Shown here: piece after piece, positions 39,245 to 52,775 of the stretch
Layout of the letters: the number at the start of each line of letters is the position of its first letter
Numbering within the stretch: position 1 is the first letter of the stretch
Source: Mustelus asterias
Taxonomy: Eukaryota
Length of the DNA stretch: 64,000 bases
Direction of reading: 5' to 3'
NCBI RefSeq assembly: GCF_964213995.1
Contig: NC_135808.1
Location: forward strand, 7,192,001-7,256,000
Position numbers and translations under genes: made by a program
The notes under the pieces: generated by a model
The model's input: only the letters and a program-made list of their open reading frames with translations
Told to the model about the DNA's origin: nothing
Database searches by the model: none

Positions 39245-40095
39245 GCCATGTACACACAGATACATACACACGCACACATATGCACACACAGACAGAGACA
39301 CACGATCACACACACAGACACATATATAATCATACACGCACATATACACAATGGTGACACACGCAGATGCATACACACCAGCACACAGAAGTACACACAG
39401 ACACGACACACAACAGACACATACAGGCACATACGTATAGACACACACACATAGGCACACGGACACAGACACAATCACACACTTCAGCACACACACCGAT
39501 ACAGACACAGGCAGACATACATAGATATCTACAGACACACATACAGGAATACATAAAGGCATGCACACAACACACAGACACCTACATACACACACGTATA
39601 CACACACAGAGACATAGACACACACACAATTATATTTACATGCACATGCACATATGCATACATATAATCACACACACATGCAGACACAAACAGACAAATG
39701 CAGATACATGCAGACCCACACACAGAAATACATACTGACATGTGCACACAACACGCACACATAGACACATACACACATACGTGTATACACGCACACAATC
39801 ACACATTTATGCACAGACTTACATGCAGACATACATGCAATCACACACATACATGCACAAACATGCACACATACATACAGACCCATACACTGAAATACAT
39901 ACAGACACGCACACACAACACACATGCACAGACACACACATGTATACACACAGAGATACAGACATACAGAGAATCACTCACACATGCACACTCTCACATG
40001 TGGACACACATAGAATAACACACACTTACAGACATGGACAGACACATACAGATACATACAGACCCACACACTGAAATACATACAAAGACACATAA
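39245..40095. repeat. Degenerate (CA)n-rich low-complexity tract
   Basis: Directly visible; source of the His/Thr and Cys/Val ORFs. Confidence 0.95.
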
Positions 40096-40483
40096 ATGAA
40101 AGAATAAAAAAACTCTTGCACAGCACATGGTGTAACACTTCATCTCCGATAACCGGCCACGCTGAAATCTATAGGTTTATAATACACAGCCTTATATTCA
40201 CTGAACTCTCGTTTCCCCGTAGCTTTATCTGCTGGCCATCTTTGGCCCGTGGCTGTGTACTCAGTTGACACTTTTTGAACTGAAACTTACCGCTAACTAA
40301 AGCATGCGACAGCACAAGCTAGCACGCAAAACACTTTGTTTCCTTTATCTGCTCACCATCTTCGTGTTGTGGCGCTCTGCACCGAAGCTCGCGGAAGTTT
40401 TCTCAAATAAAGCATACAGTTAACATCAAAAGCAGAATGGAGGAAAGAAAAGCTGTTTTTTTTTGTTTGTTTTCTCTCTGTAG

Positions 40484-40608
40484 GTCGCGTTTATTCTGAA
40501 GTGACATCGCCTTCAATTCAATGGAACGTTTATCGGCTCATAGTGGCAGCGTTGGTGCTGGTGTTGCTGACATTCATCCTTTGGATGGCACGGTGGCACA
40601 GTGGTTAG
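40484..40608 (+). CDS. NCR3: NCR3/NKp30-like gene A, stalk/TM exon ending in a SINE-derived stop (RRVYSEVTSPSIQWNVYRLIVAALVLVLLTFILWMARWHSG*)
   Basis: Strong acceptor tttctctctgtag at 40483; phase 1 matches the V exon; TM Arg (CGG 40534-40536); in-frame TAG 40606-40608 lies in the SINE head. The spliced protein is 173 aa. Confidence 0.85.
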
Positions 40609-40903
40609 CACTGCTGCCTCACAGCTCCGGCGACCGGGGTTCGCATTCCAGCCTTGGGTGACTGTCTGTAGAGTTTGCATGTTCTCCCCGTATCTGCGTG
40701 GGTTTCCTCCGGGTGCGCCGGCTTCCTGCCAGATTCCAAAGATGTGTGGGTTATGTGGATTGGCTATGCTAAATTGACCCTTCGTGTCAGGGGGATTAAA
40801 CAGGGTAAATACTTGAGATTACGGGTATAGAGCCTGGGTGGGATTGTTGTTAGTGCAGGGTCGATGGGCTGAATGGCCTTCTTTTGCACTGTAGGGATTC
40901 TAT
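40583..40903 (+). mobile_element. HE1/V-type tRNA-derived SINE inserted in the TM exon of gene A
   Basis: A/B-box head (ggcacggtggcacagtggttagc...gggttcg), central V-domain, CR1-type tail gcactgtagggattctat. Confidence 0.95.
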
Positions 40904-43900
40904 AAATTCTATTCTATTTTCAAATTTCCTCCTCACTGCTGCGGACCTCTAACTAATTATACTAAATTTAACTTGATTACTACATAGAATAAGTTACTGC
41001 AGATCTATATCTTCCCTGCAGTGTGTTGAATACTGTATATGTAAAAGAACGCCGCGGTTAATTTAGCTCACGTTGCGATGTATCTAAAGCGACAGTAAAC
41101 TAAAATGATGGATAATCAAAATGTCAGCGTTGGCTATCATGATTTTCTTTAACAAATGCAACTGAACAAGGCCATTGTTTGAACTTTGCATATTTTGAAA
41201 TCACAAATACTATGGTTTGTGCCATAGGTGTATTTTGATTACCGCAGAAACAATTAATGGAAAGACCGACATGGTCACATCTCCAGAGACATCTCCGGAT
41301 TCGATTCCCAGCTTGGGTCACTGTCTGTGCGGAGTCTGCACGTTCTCCCAGTGTCTGTGTTGATTTGCTCCGGGTGCTCGGGTTTCCTCTCACACTCCGG
41401 GTTAGGTGGATTGGCCATGTTAAATGCGCAGGGTAACTATTATAGGGCGGGTGAGTGGGCCTCGGTCGAGTGCTCTTTCACAGGGTCGGTGCAGACATGA
41501 TTGGGGAATGATTGGGATTTTGTGCGCTATGTGTTCGGCGAAAGGGGCGTGAAGAAGGCACAGGGACTGGGCAATTGGCCACCTGCGATGCTGTGTTCTA
41601 TGATTCTATGACAAAACCAAGTACTGTCGCCTCATGCTCCACGCGATGAGAGAGACCGTGACCAATCTCTCTCGCAAATAAATTTTCTTAGAAATCCATC
41701 GTTGCTTCAATTGACTTGACATAGATAGATTTGGGAAGCTTAGGGAGAAAGCAGCCAATGTTGCCGAGTCCAGGAAGAAACGTGAATCTTAAAACAAGAT
41801 ATAGCTTGCGCTTACGTAGAGCTTTCCACCGTGTTGAATATCCCAATGTGAATCACCGGAACATTATCAAGCACTATCGTGAGATATTCCAGCAACTTAA
41901 CCGACAGCTGGGATGAACTGATAGACTCTAAGGAGAATCTTAAATGAGGAATGAGAGAACGTGAGGCTGAAAGAGAAGGAAAGGTGAATGGGAAATTGTG
42001 TTATAACTAACTATGTTTCAGTTAGTTACAAGAATGAAAAAAAATGACTGCTACCCACCATTGTGCGCCACCGTTGTCACGTATTAATTATTGATTGAAT
42101 GTTTTCACTGCGTTGAATTACAGTCTGGTCATCAAAATTGCAGAAGTAACGCTTACCTAATTGTGCATCCGAGTAAACCTCAGAATGTTTCACGTGTTTA
42201 TAGCATTTTTAATCCATTTGCTCCAGGCTTTGCGGATCACAGTGTTTTTGTCACATCATATACAAGGTCTCAAGCAATGGTGAGCTGAGAAACTATATGG
42301 CCGGAATTCTCCCATCCCGCCCGCCACTGGAATTTTAGCGGGCGAGTTGCTGAGCATGTGAAACGCCATTGACGGTCGGCTGGGAATTTCTGGCTTTAAG
42401 ACCAGCGCGGCTGGAGAATTCCCTATTCAAAATGAAAGTCTATGTTAAGGAAAGAGCAGATTTTCTCCTAAAGTTTTCACTTCTATTGATCACTCCAATA
42501 TGCTATTTTTGGGCTATTACTGTTCTTCCAGCTTGAAAATACGTAATCAATTTAAAATGTCGTATAGGTCAAAGAATAAAACAGGGAATCCAAGTTGTAA
42601 ATACGGTATGTGATAAATCTCAATGAAAACCACCAGTTTGATTTGCACTGTGGTTAACTGACATTGAATGTGGCTATTTTTGAGGAAGAAAGATGCAAAG
42701 CTAAGTTTCACGATGAATATGATTGGAATAGAGGAGAACAGAAGTAAGATCGAGCGATTCGTGAACGCAAGTTTGGGATGTGGCTTTTTTTTTCATTCTT
42801 GGGACATGAGCGTCGCTGGCTGGCCAGCATTTATTGCCAATCCCGAGCCACCCTTGAGAAGGTGGTGGGGAGCCGCCTTCTTGAATCGCTGCAGTCCACG
42901 TGCTGCGGGTTGACCCACAATGCCATTAGGGAGGGAATTCCAGGATTCTTACCCAGCCATTGCGAAGGAACGGCGATATATTTCCAAGTGAGAATAGTGA
43001 GAGGTTTGGAGAGCCGAGTGTCAACTAGGCTGCAGCAGGAAATGGAGGTAGATAGAGAAATCACCCAGGCGCGGTGAATCAGCATGCTGTTAACAAATGG
43101 ACGTGTTTTTCAAATGCTTTCTAAGAAATCCGAAAAAGTTAGGATCGGGGGTGAGAGAGACTGAGGCACAACACTAGCATTATGCAAGAGCTTCAAATTG
43201 AATACTTGTATTGATGCCTGCTTGACGTTAAACCCAAATTCTATGGACGTTTCCCGTGATGCATTTAACAATGTCAAATTGGAACACATATGTGGCAATA
43301 TATTAATGCCAGGCCGTAATAGCATAAGGCGTGGGTGGAGAAGTCGGTCATTCGGCCCATCGAGTCTGCTCCGCCATTCAATGAGATCATGGCTAACCTG
43401 ATAAGATATTTCTCGACTCCACATTCTCGCTGTGTCCCCAAAGCATTCCCTTACTGATTAAAAATCCGTCCACCTCAGGCTTTAACATACTTAACGACCC
43501 AACTTCTGCAAACTTCTGCGGTAAAGAATTCTACAGATTCACTATCGAAACGAGTACTGCTTTTCGTTATTTACCCTTGAAACAGCCTTGTACCACATTT
43601 ATTAGTTTTTGTCTCGAAATGTTCAGAGTTCTGCCAACCTTTAGTTCGTTCGTTGAAATAACCTACCAGCCCCCACATATATTTCTTATCCGATTATAAC
43701 GAGAACTTTAGTCTTTATAGTCTTTAGTCCATTGCATGGGATATTGCCTGCGAGGTGTGTTCATTTGTTCCCGTATTATATGAGCGATTTTCTGCTCTAA
43801 ATATATCTCTTATTGCAGATAACCCCACTGCATGTATCTTATATGGGGACTCGAACTTTTTCTCTTGTTGCCAACTTGCCACGCTTTGTGAAAGGAGTTA

Positions 43901-45672
43901 TTGACAATTGCCGTGTTCACGCTGCCAAGGTCGAGATTCTTTTGGGAGTTTGACCTTTGTAAAGTGGGCGCAAGCTGACCCATGTTCTCGAACCTGGCAG
44001 GGCATTGTGTTAATCCTTTTTATCAGTGCATCGTCCTGTTAACCGTTTGCAAATCCAAACTGTCATTTGCTGTCCCAAAGCTGTCTGTGCGGAGTTTGTA
44101 CATTCTCCCCGTGTCTGCGTGGGTTACTTCCGGGGGCTCCGCTTTCCTCTCACCGTCCAAAGATGGGCGGGTTAGGGTGAATTGGCCATGTTAAATTGCC
44201 CCTTAGTGTCAGGGGGGCTAGCTAGGGTAAATGCATGGGGTTATGGGGATCGGGCCTGGGGGAGATTATGGTCGGTGCAGACTAGATGGCCGAATGGCTT
44301 CCTTCTGCACTGTAGGAATACTATGAATCTAACATCATGGAACAGTGAACAGTGTAATCAGTGTAATCATAATTAAATACCAATATACAGTCAAAAGAAA
44401 AATGTTTCCAGAGGGCGGCACGGTAGCACAGTGGTTAGCACTGCTACTTCACAGCTCCAGGGACCTGGGTTCGATTCCCGGCTTGGGTCAATGTCTGTGT
44501 GGAGTTTACACATTCTCCTCGTGTCTGCGTGGGTTTCCTCCGGGTGCTCCTGTTTGCTCCCACAGTCCAAAGATGTGCGGGGTATGTTGATTGGCCATGC
44601 TAAAATTGCCCCTTAGTGCCCTGAGGTGCGTAGATTAGAGGGATTAGCGGGTAAAATATGTAGGGATATGGGGGTAGGGCCTGGGTGGGATTGTGGTCGG
44701 TGCAGACTCGATGGGCCAAATGGCCTCTTTCTGCACTGTAGGGTTTCTATGATAAGGAATCGCCAGGTTCGCCATATTGCTCCGTGTAATTTCCATTACG
44801 GATTTGAATTAAAAGATACTCGGTACAAGTTAAAAGATCAACCATTGACTCGAAGTTAATAACAATAGAAGATAGTAGTGGAGCTGTTATAGACTTTTAT
44901 ACGCTGAAGCAATTGCATGATCACCTGTAGTGTGACTTAACATAACCACAATATTTGTTCAAAAGATTGAAGGGCGGAGACATGTTGGGAAACTATAATT
45001 TATGAGAAGCTGAACGTCAGTCAATCAAGCAGCCACCCTCCTGATGCGATTGTGTGCAAGACAACGAGGCCACGCGTACAGAGTAAAAACTCACAGCGAG
45101 AGGGGCGGTGTCACTCCCAGAGCAACAATGGAGAATCTCAATTGCAGACATTGTATAAATTGTAACCAGGCTTGGAGGCGGCTATCAGCATCAACAGAAG
45201 TCGCCTTGATGCTTAACACCCATTCTAATAACGATTGAGTTGGATTATTTTTTCTGACCTTCACAGTTTTAAAGTTTAAAGTTAGGATTGGACTTTAATA
45301 AATTGCTACTTGAAAGTTCTGCATATTTAAACATAATAAGTATTCTTGTCCTTGATTGCGAAGGTGTGCTGAAAGTAATGTTTGTATCAGTAATTTGATT
45401 GATTGATTCGACGCGAGAATGATTCCTTCTCACCAAGTTCAAAGCGCCATACATTAAGGTTGGACACTGGTTTCTTGTCGTTCTTTTCCGAACCAAACTT
45501 GTTATATTTCGCTGTATTTGTGACTCCTAATCAGTATTCTTCCAGTTTCATGTATTTTTTCGAAGTGCAAGTTTATTAACCAAGGTTTATAATCAATAAT
45601 TTGTTATGCGACCTCGAGATAGTCCGAGATAAGGACTATGGACGTCGGATGTAACAAGAGAAATGTAGCCCA

Positions 45673-45689
45673 GACGCCCCCTACAGGCC
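45673..45689 (-). promoter_or_regulatory. CTCF-like motif (GGCCTGTAGGGGGCGTC) between genes A and B
   Basis: Close match to the CTCF core consensus; motif only. Confidence 0.4.
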
Positions 45690-47439
45690 GCTTTATCATT
45701 GACTACGATCATTACAGATGTTTGTCAGTAACATAATTTCCTGCCATATCGATATCCCCTAATTCCATGAGGGCAGTCTTGCCCAACCTTTGCGCCTTCA
45801 AAAGGGCCAGATTTCCATTTAGCCCCCTTCAAGGCGCAGGGCCGATGACCAAATGAGGCTCGACTCAATTTTGAACTGATTTGGTATTTTTAAATTGCAG
45901 TGTTGTGAAAAGAAACAATTACTGAGCAAAAACAAAGTAGTATTAAACAGTAACCTGTTAAGGAGTGTATTCAATAAAAATGACCAGAGCGTGAAAGGGT
46001 TAGAGCGTGTGTGCCAGGCTGTATCAGTGCTCCCTCATTCACCCTAATCCACTGGGAGTAAATGTCTGTATGTGTTGGGTTGGCAAGTGAGAGCAAGTGA
46101 GAGCATTCACTCGCACTCCCGCACACACACAATTACTCTGTAATGGCCACCAAATCAGACTCCTTCGCAATGATTTGTGCTGTCAACTCATTTACCTTGT
46201 TTCGAATGCTACGAGCATTCAGATAAAGTGGACAAGACTATCTTAGGAATCTATATATCTCCACACTGAATCAATATTATCTGCAACCCATGTCATAATC
46301 AATGATTCGAATCCTTACATTCGTTTTATTTCATTATTTTATTAGTGTCACAAATAGGCTTACATTAACACTGCAATTAAGTTAGTGTAAAAATCCCCAA
46401 TGCGCTGAAGGAGAATTTAGCATGGTCAATGCACCTAACCAGCATGTATGTCAGACTGTGGGAGGAACCTGGAGCACCCGGAGGAAACCCACACAGGGAG
46501 AACGTGCAGACTCCACATAGAGTCTATTCACATAGACAGTGACCCAAGCCGGGAATCAAACCCGGGTCCCTGGCACTGTGAGGCAGCAGTGCCAACCACT
46601 GGGCCACCGTGCCGCCCTCTGCCCTCTTCACATCTCTGCCCTAAAAAGGTGATCTTTCATCTTGGTGGGATATTTCTAATTCCTGATTGCCAGGGGGAAT
46701 TTCCCTCAACATTTACCCCAACAAAGCCTCTTCAGAATCGGATCAAAGTTCATTCAGCTGAAATTTTGTCCTCCTTTACCTCTCCATGAATACTGACTCT
46801 CCTACTGATTGGTTCTAGAGTTTTCCCTTTTTATTTCAGATTTCCAGCACTCACATTGTGCCATGGAATAATATAAATATAGAATCCTGCAGTGCGGAAG
46901 GAGGCCATTTGGCCCATCAGGTCTGCACTGACCACAATCCCACCAGGCCGTATCTCCACAGCCCCATGCATTTACCCGAGCTAGTCCCTCTGACACTAAG
47001 GAGGAATTTAGCATTGCCAATCCACCTAACCAGCACATCTTTGGATGTGAGAGGAAACCGGAGCATCTGGAGGAAACCCATGCAGACACAGGGAGAATGT
47101 GCAAACTCAACACAGATAGTGACCCAAGCCGTCAATTGAACCCGGGTCCCTGGCACTGTGAGGCAGCAGTGCTAACCACTGTGTCACTGTGCCGTCCCAC
47201 CTGTCCCTTCAAGATCTTCTATGTTTCAATGAGATCACCTCTCATTCTCCTAAACTCTATTGATTAAAGGTCAAATCTATTCAAATTCTCGAAGAGGCAA
47301 CATTCGCCATATCAACATCTAGTCAAGTATATCATTCTGAAGAGAAGTGGGCCAAACCTGTCACTAGTCCTCCATGTATGGTCTCACTAAAGCCCTGCAG
47401 AATCGCAGCAAGTCTTCCTGAGTGCTGCTCCCCAGCTCC

Positions 47440-49630
47440 TTTGCCCTCTTTTTAGGTCAAACCAAATATACAAACTCAGATTAAGTCAGGACAAAGTAAA
47501 AGGGGCAGCTCCCAAAAAAGGAGGGGGAACAGCCCGAACAGAAATCAAAGTACAAAGGAAACTTAAAAACATCAAATTAAAATGTGATTATTAGGGTCGA
47601 TAACGCACCCCAACCCCTGCGGTGCCCAACGGGCGCGGAAGGTGTCAAGTGTGCCCGTGGACACCGCATGCTCCCTCTCCAGGGACACCTGGCCGTGAAC
47701 GTCGCCGCGGTAGAGGGGCAGACAGTCAGGATGGACGGCCCCCTCGATCGCCCGCTGCCTGGACTGTTAAATGGCGCGTTTCGCCAGGCCCAGGAGCAGG
47801 TTCACGAGGAGGTCACCATCCCAACCCTCCTCTCTCCGCACCGGGTGTCAGTAGATCAGGAGCGTGGGACTGAAGTGCAAACAAAACATCAATAAAAGGT
47901 TCTTTCGGAAAACATAAAGGGAGTGCAGCCTAAGACACACAACATAGACATGGTCCACGGACTCCAGAAGGCCACAGAAAGGGCAGTCTTCGGAGCCCGT
48001 GAACCAGTGAATCCTACGGTTGTGTGGAACTGCTGCATGCATCACCCTCCACCCCAGGTCCCCGACGTAATTGGGGAAATCCCGCCGTAGAGGGACCTCC
48101 AGTGGGGACCTCCGCCGGCCGGCGGTAACAAGGCCCGCCAAGGTGTATCCGGGCGACAGGCGAGGAGGCAGTAGTGGAAGGTGTGCAGCAGCAGCCCGCA
48201 CAGGAAACGCCTCCGCGCAGTAGAAAAAGGCACGGAGGACATTTCCGCGAGACGGCTCAGGCTGTGGGGCACCTCACCCAGGGAGGGGGGTTGAGGTTTT
48301 GGGCCAATGTGGAATTCCGCCTGAACAGGGGAACGCTCGGGCGGGATCCCACCGCACGCCTGCGCCGCCTCGAGTTTGCGTGCAGTTTCGGGGCGAAGCA
48401 TGACTGTCCTACGGTTTAGGATGGCTTTGGCCACGTGCCAGACGATCGTCCCCGCGCGCTCAGCCAGCATGCGGGGACTCATCCAGCCCGCCCCTCCACC
48501 ATCGAGCATGGCCCAATTCTGGTCACCCCGGCGTCCACAGCCCTCCTCTCTGCCAGCCACCTAAAGTTATACGGCTGGAGGAGCGGATTCCTGAGCAGCA
48601 GCTCTCGCACAAGAGCCGCTACTCCTGATGGGGGGGAGCTGCATCGCGAGGCGACCGTGTTCCAGACAGTGAGGAGGTCCTGGTAAAAGACGGGCAACTC
48701 CTGCAGGGCGGTCGAAGCACGCCCCTGTTCGATATGCAGGAGCTGCACGTCATAATTGAGGCCGTGCCACTGGCGGAAGAAATACGTCGCCATGGCACAC
48801 CATTGTGGAGGGGGCTCAATGTAAAGGTACCTCTGCAGGGCCTGGAGGCGGAAGGTCGCTATCTGAGTGCGGAGGCGCACCAGACCTTGTCCACCCTCCT
48901 CAAGCAGGAGATGCAGAACTGCAGCAGGGACCCAGTGCAGTCGATTGTCCCAGAAGAACTGCAGGAGGGTTCTCTGGATATCGGTGACAAAGTCAGGGGG
49001 AGGGGTCAAAGGGACCAGCCGGTACCACAGCATGGAAGCGACCAGCTGGTTTATGACGCGAACTCGGTCCCCACTCCTGTCCAGCGATTTAGGCGGGTGG
49101 AGACTTTGGCCTCCAGCTCCCGCCAGTTCGCCGGCCAGGACTCTTCGGCTGGGCAGAGATGGGCCCCCAAGTAGAGGAGGTTGGTCCTGCTCCAGGTGAA
49201 AGGCCTGAGCTCCTCCGGAAGGGGATCCATCTCCCAAGGACCGACAAGGATTCCAGAGCACTTGGCCCAGTTGATCCTGGCGGAGGACGCAGCGGAGTAC
49301 ACCGCCTGGCATTCTCCCATCCTCCGCAGGTCAGCCGGGTCCATGAACATGAGGAGCACGTCATCGGCGTAAGCTGACAGGACCACCCCTATGTCCGGTC
49401 TGCGCAGGGCCAAACCTGACAAGCTCCTCCGCAAGAGGCGCAGGAATGGCTCCACGAATATGGAATACAGTTGGCCGGACAAGGGGCAGCCCTGCTGTAC
49501 TCCTCTCCCAAAGTGAAGGGGCGCCGTCAGGGACCTGTTAACCTTAATCAGACACTCTGCGGCAGAGTACAGTAATCGGATTCGGGCGACAAAATGCGTC
49601 CCGAACCCGAATGCCCGCAAAGTCCCTGTA
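47440..49630 (-). mobile_element. Tx1/L1-clade non-LTR retrotransposon, 5'-truncated and frameshifted
   Basis: RGVQQGCPLS and AYADDV RT motifs; C-terminal CPFCG..ESVDH...C zinc motif; GC-rich. Confidence 0.88.
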
Positions 49631-49804
49631 CAATACAGTCCAACATTCCCGTAGCTTTTCCAATCGTTTACAATGCCTCTATGGTGAATTCCTGTGTTAC
49701 TTGTGTGCACCAAAGCATCTGCAAAGATTAACATTTGCCACTCTTACATCGTTTTAGAAAATCTCTTTTCTATTGTTCTTTCCAAAGTGAATAACTCATT
49801 TTCT

Positions 49805-50165
49805 GATCAGGGCCAGTGTGATCTCCTGGACTCGTTTCGATCGCCTCAGGGGGTCGGAGAGGAATTTCCCAGATTTTCTTTCCCCATATTGGCCCTGGGG
49901 TTTTCACTCTGGGTTTTCGCCTTTCCCTGGAGATCACATGGTCTGGAATGGGGGGGGTGGGGGTGAGTTAATAGGTTGTGATGAACAAAGCATCGTAGCT
50001 GTGAGGGACAGCTCGGAGGATAGGATATTAGGATGTAGATAGGCTGGAAAATTGGGCGGGGATCCTGGATTCAGGATTCAATCCTGGACCGGGGAGCGGC
50101 GCGGGCTTGGAGGGCCGAAGGGCCTGTTCCTGTGCTGGATTGTTCTTTGTTCTTGGTTGTTCTTT
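49805..50165 (+). mobile_element. CR1-type 3' UTR fragment
   Basis: Ends in gggccgaagggcctgttcctgtgctg plus (ttctttg)n, as in the 15.45-kb CR1. Confidence 0.65.
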
Positions 50166-51654
50166 GTTTCTCCACATTATGCTCAATCTGGCATGTCCAT
50201 AGAATCCCAACAGTGCAGAAGGAGGCCATTTGGCCCATCGAGGCTGCAGCACCCTCAATCCCACCCAGGCCCTATTCGCGTCACCCCAACTATTTACCTG
50301 TTAATCCCACTGGCACTTGGGTCAATTTAGCATGGCCAATCAACTTTATCAGCACATCTTTGGACTTTGGGAGGAATCCAGAGCACACGGAGGAAACCCA
50401 CTCAGACACGGGGAGAATGTGCAGACTCTGCACAGACTGTGAACCAAGCTCGGAATTGCACCAGGGTACCTGGTGCTATGAGGCAACAGTGCTTACCATT
50501 GTGCCACTGCCGCCGTTGGCTCCCTATCCATTGGCATCTAAACATTCTGACTTATTGCACCATTTGTCCCCCAATATCGACCCTGTCAGTTACTTCCTCA
50601 AAAACACCAATCAATTTCCCAGGCAAGATTTCATTTCCATAAAACCATCATGGCCCGAAACGGATGGAATCAAAACAAGCTCTACACCTGGGCAAAGGCC
50701 ATAGGTTTAACATCTCCGGTCCTGTCCGCCGCGACAATCATCGTGGGCGAGACGGAAATTTTGGCCGACTATTTGAAGGTACGTTGAATTCGGGCGGGAC
50801 TTTCCAGTCTCGCGGCGCGTGCGACCGGAAAACTCTGCCGGTGATCTTCCGGGGTCCTTTGCCATGGGCGCAAGTCCCCTTATGACCAGGAACCCCCGTG
50901 AGAGGGCCATAACGGAATTTGTGGTGGGGAGAACTTAGAAGAAGATCTTGCCCTCCCCGCCCCCTCCTCCCGCCATGTAATCTGGTTCAGACCCAGCGAG
51001 GGAAAGGACCTAGTGACCATTAATTTGCATAGATTTAAATATTCCTAAATGACATTACGCCATAGCTTCCGGGGACATCTGTGACCGGAGTACTTGGAAA
51101 GATATCACCATTCCTTCACTGTCGCTGGGTTAAAATCCTGGGATTCCCACCCGAACAGTCCGCAGGCTGTGTCTGCACCTCAGGGCCTGCAGCGGTTCAA
51201 GAAGACAGCTCATTACCACCTTCTCAAGGGCAACTACTGATGGGCACTAAATGCTGGTCTTGCCAGCGATGTCCACATTCCATAAAATGAATATAATTTT
51301 AAAAATATCCATCTTTCTCCTGCTCTGATGAAATGCCACAGAATGGAAACATGAATTCTGCTTCTCTCTCCACAGACGCTGTCTGTCCTCCCGAGTATTT
51401 CCAGCATTTGAACAAAATATATTTCAGTGTTCCAGCCTCTGTTTATTCGTTACTGTTCTACGTGCAAATGGAACAACACTTCAAAGGTACTTTAACGGCT
51501 GAAAAGCGTTTGGGTCCTTCTGCCCTTGGGAAAGGCTGCAAGGCTAATTTTGTTTCTCTTACTGAACTCTTGGTTTTAGACAATTGGTCAAATCTCACAG
51601 AGCCCCAATATACAGCCCAACAGGCAGTCAGCAACTAACGTTCCTTTCTGACAC

Positions 51655-52140
51655 TATGTGGAGATGCCGGAGTTGTACTGGGGTGGACACAGTAAGAAGT
51701 CTGTCCGATCTTCGGGTAAGCGTTCTCCAAGGAGGCCTTCAAGACACACGACAACGCAGAATCACCTAACAGAAACTGATAGCCAAGTTCCACACGCATG
51801 AGGACGGCCTCAACCGGGATCTTGGGTTCAGGTTACAGTACCTGAAACCCCCACCATTTGGCCTGGGATTTCAAAATCCTACTCATCGTCCTGGCTTGAG
51901 ACAATTCGCATCTCTTGAACATGTGTTCATCCCTTTCTCCACACGCGTTGTCTGTATTTACAAAGACTTGATTACCTGTAAAGACTCGCATTCCAACCAT
52001 TATCTTGCAATTCTGTCTCTGTCTTTATATGCTGTGTTTGTGAACCCACCTCTCCACTCAACTGATGAAGGGGCAGCGCTCCAAAAGCTCGTGATGCCAA
52101 ATAAACCCGTTAGACTTTAAGCTGGTGCTGTGAGACTTCT
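51655..52140 (+). mobile_element. Degenerate Penelope-like 3' fragment with a decayed hammerhead motif (CTGATGA...CAAAA)
   Basis: Homologous to 34720-35166. Confidence 0.8.
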
Positions 52141-52416
52141 GACATTGTCATTGGCTATCTCTCAATTCGATGTTGCTAGTTACTTATTGATGTGCGTTTC
52201 CATGCGTCCTCATGTGCCTGAACTTGCTGATCTTTGGCCACATGGGTCAGGATGAGCCAGGAGGCACGGAAGTGCAGGGGTTGCTTGCTTGTCCTTCCAT
52301 ATCTAGACAATTGGTAATACATGCCAGACATGCATTTGAGTGCTGGCTTAGATCATGAAAGCCACAAAGATTTTTGTCATATTTTCTTAGTTCTGCCCTT
52401 GTACACGAGTCATTTC

Positions 52417-52775
52417 GGGGGAGGTGATGGCCTTCTGTTATTATCGCCAGGCTATTAATCCAGCAACTCAGCAAATGTTCTGGGGACCAGGGTTCGAATC
52501 CCACCACGGCAGATGGTGGAATTTGAATTCAATAAAAAATGGTATCTGGAATTAAGTATCTATTGATGAGAATGTCCATTGTCAGAAATAAAACATCTGG
52601 TTTATTAATATCCTTTCGGGAAGGACACATGCCGTTCTTACTTAGTCTGGCCTACATGTGACTCCAGAGCCACAGCAATGTAGTTGACTCCCAACTGCTC
52701 TCCAAGTCTAACCAGGGATGGGCAATAAATGTTGACCAACCAGCGACACCAATGTCCCACAAACGGATGAAAAGA
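52417..52775 (+). mobile_element. Second tRNA-headed SINE family, representative copy (others at ~8375-8605, 33200-33460, 57443-57800, 60435-60825(-))
   Basis: tRNA-like head ending gggttcgaatccc; shared ggcctacatgtgactccagagcc core and gggcaataaatgctggcc tail. Confidence 0.75.

Noticed and set aside
39187-40074. His/Thr- and Cys/Val-rich ORFs
   Set aside because: Translation of (CA)n low-complexity DNA.
45269-45496. Minus-strand ORF with ITIM-like LMYGAL and KYAEL
   Set aside because: Wrong strand for the NCR3-like genes and no splice acceptor upstream; such short motifs occur by chance.
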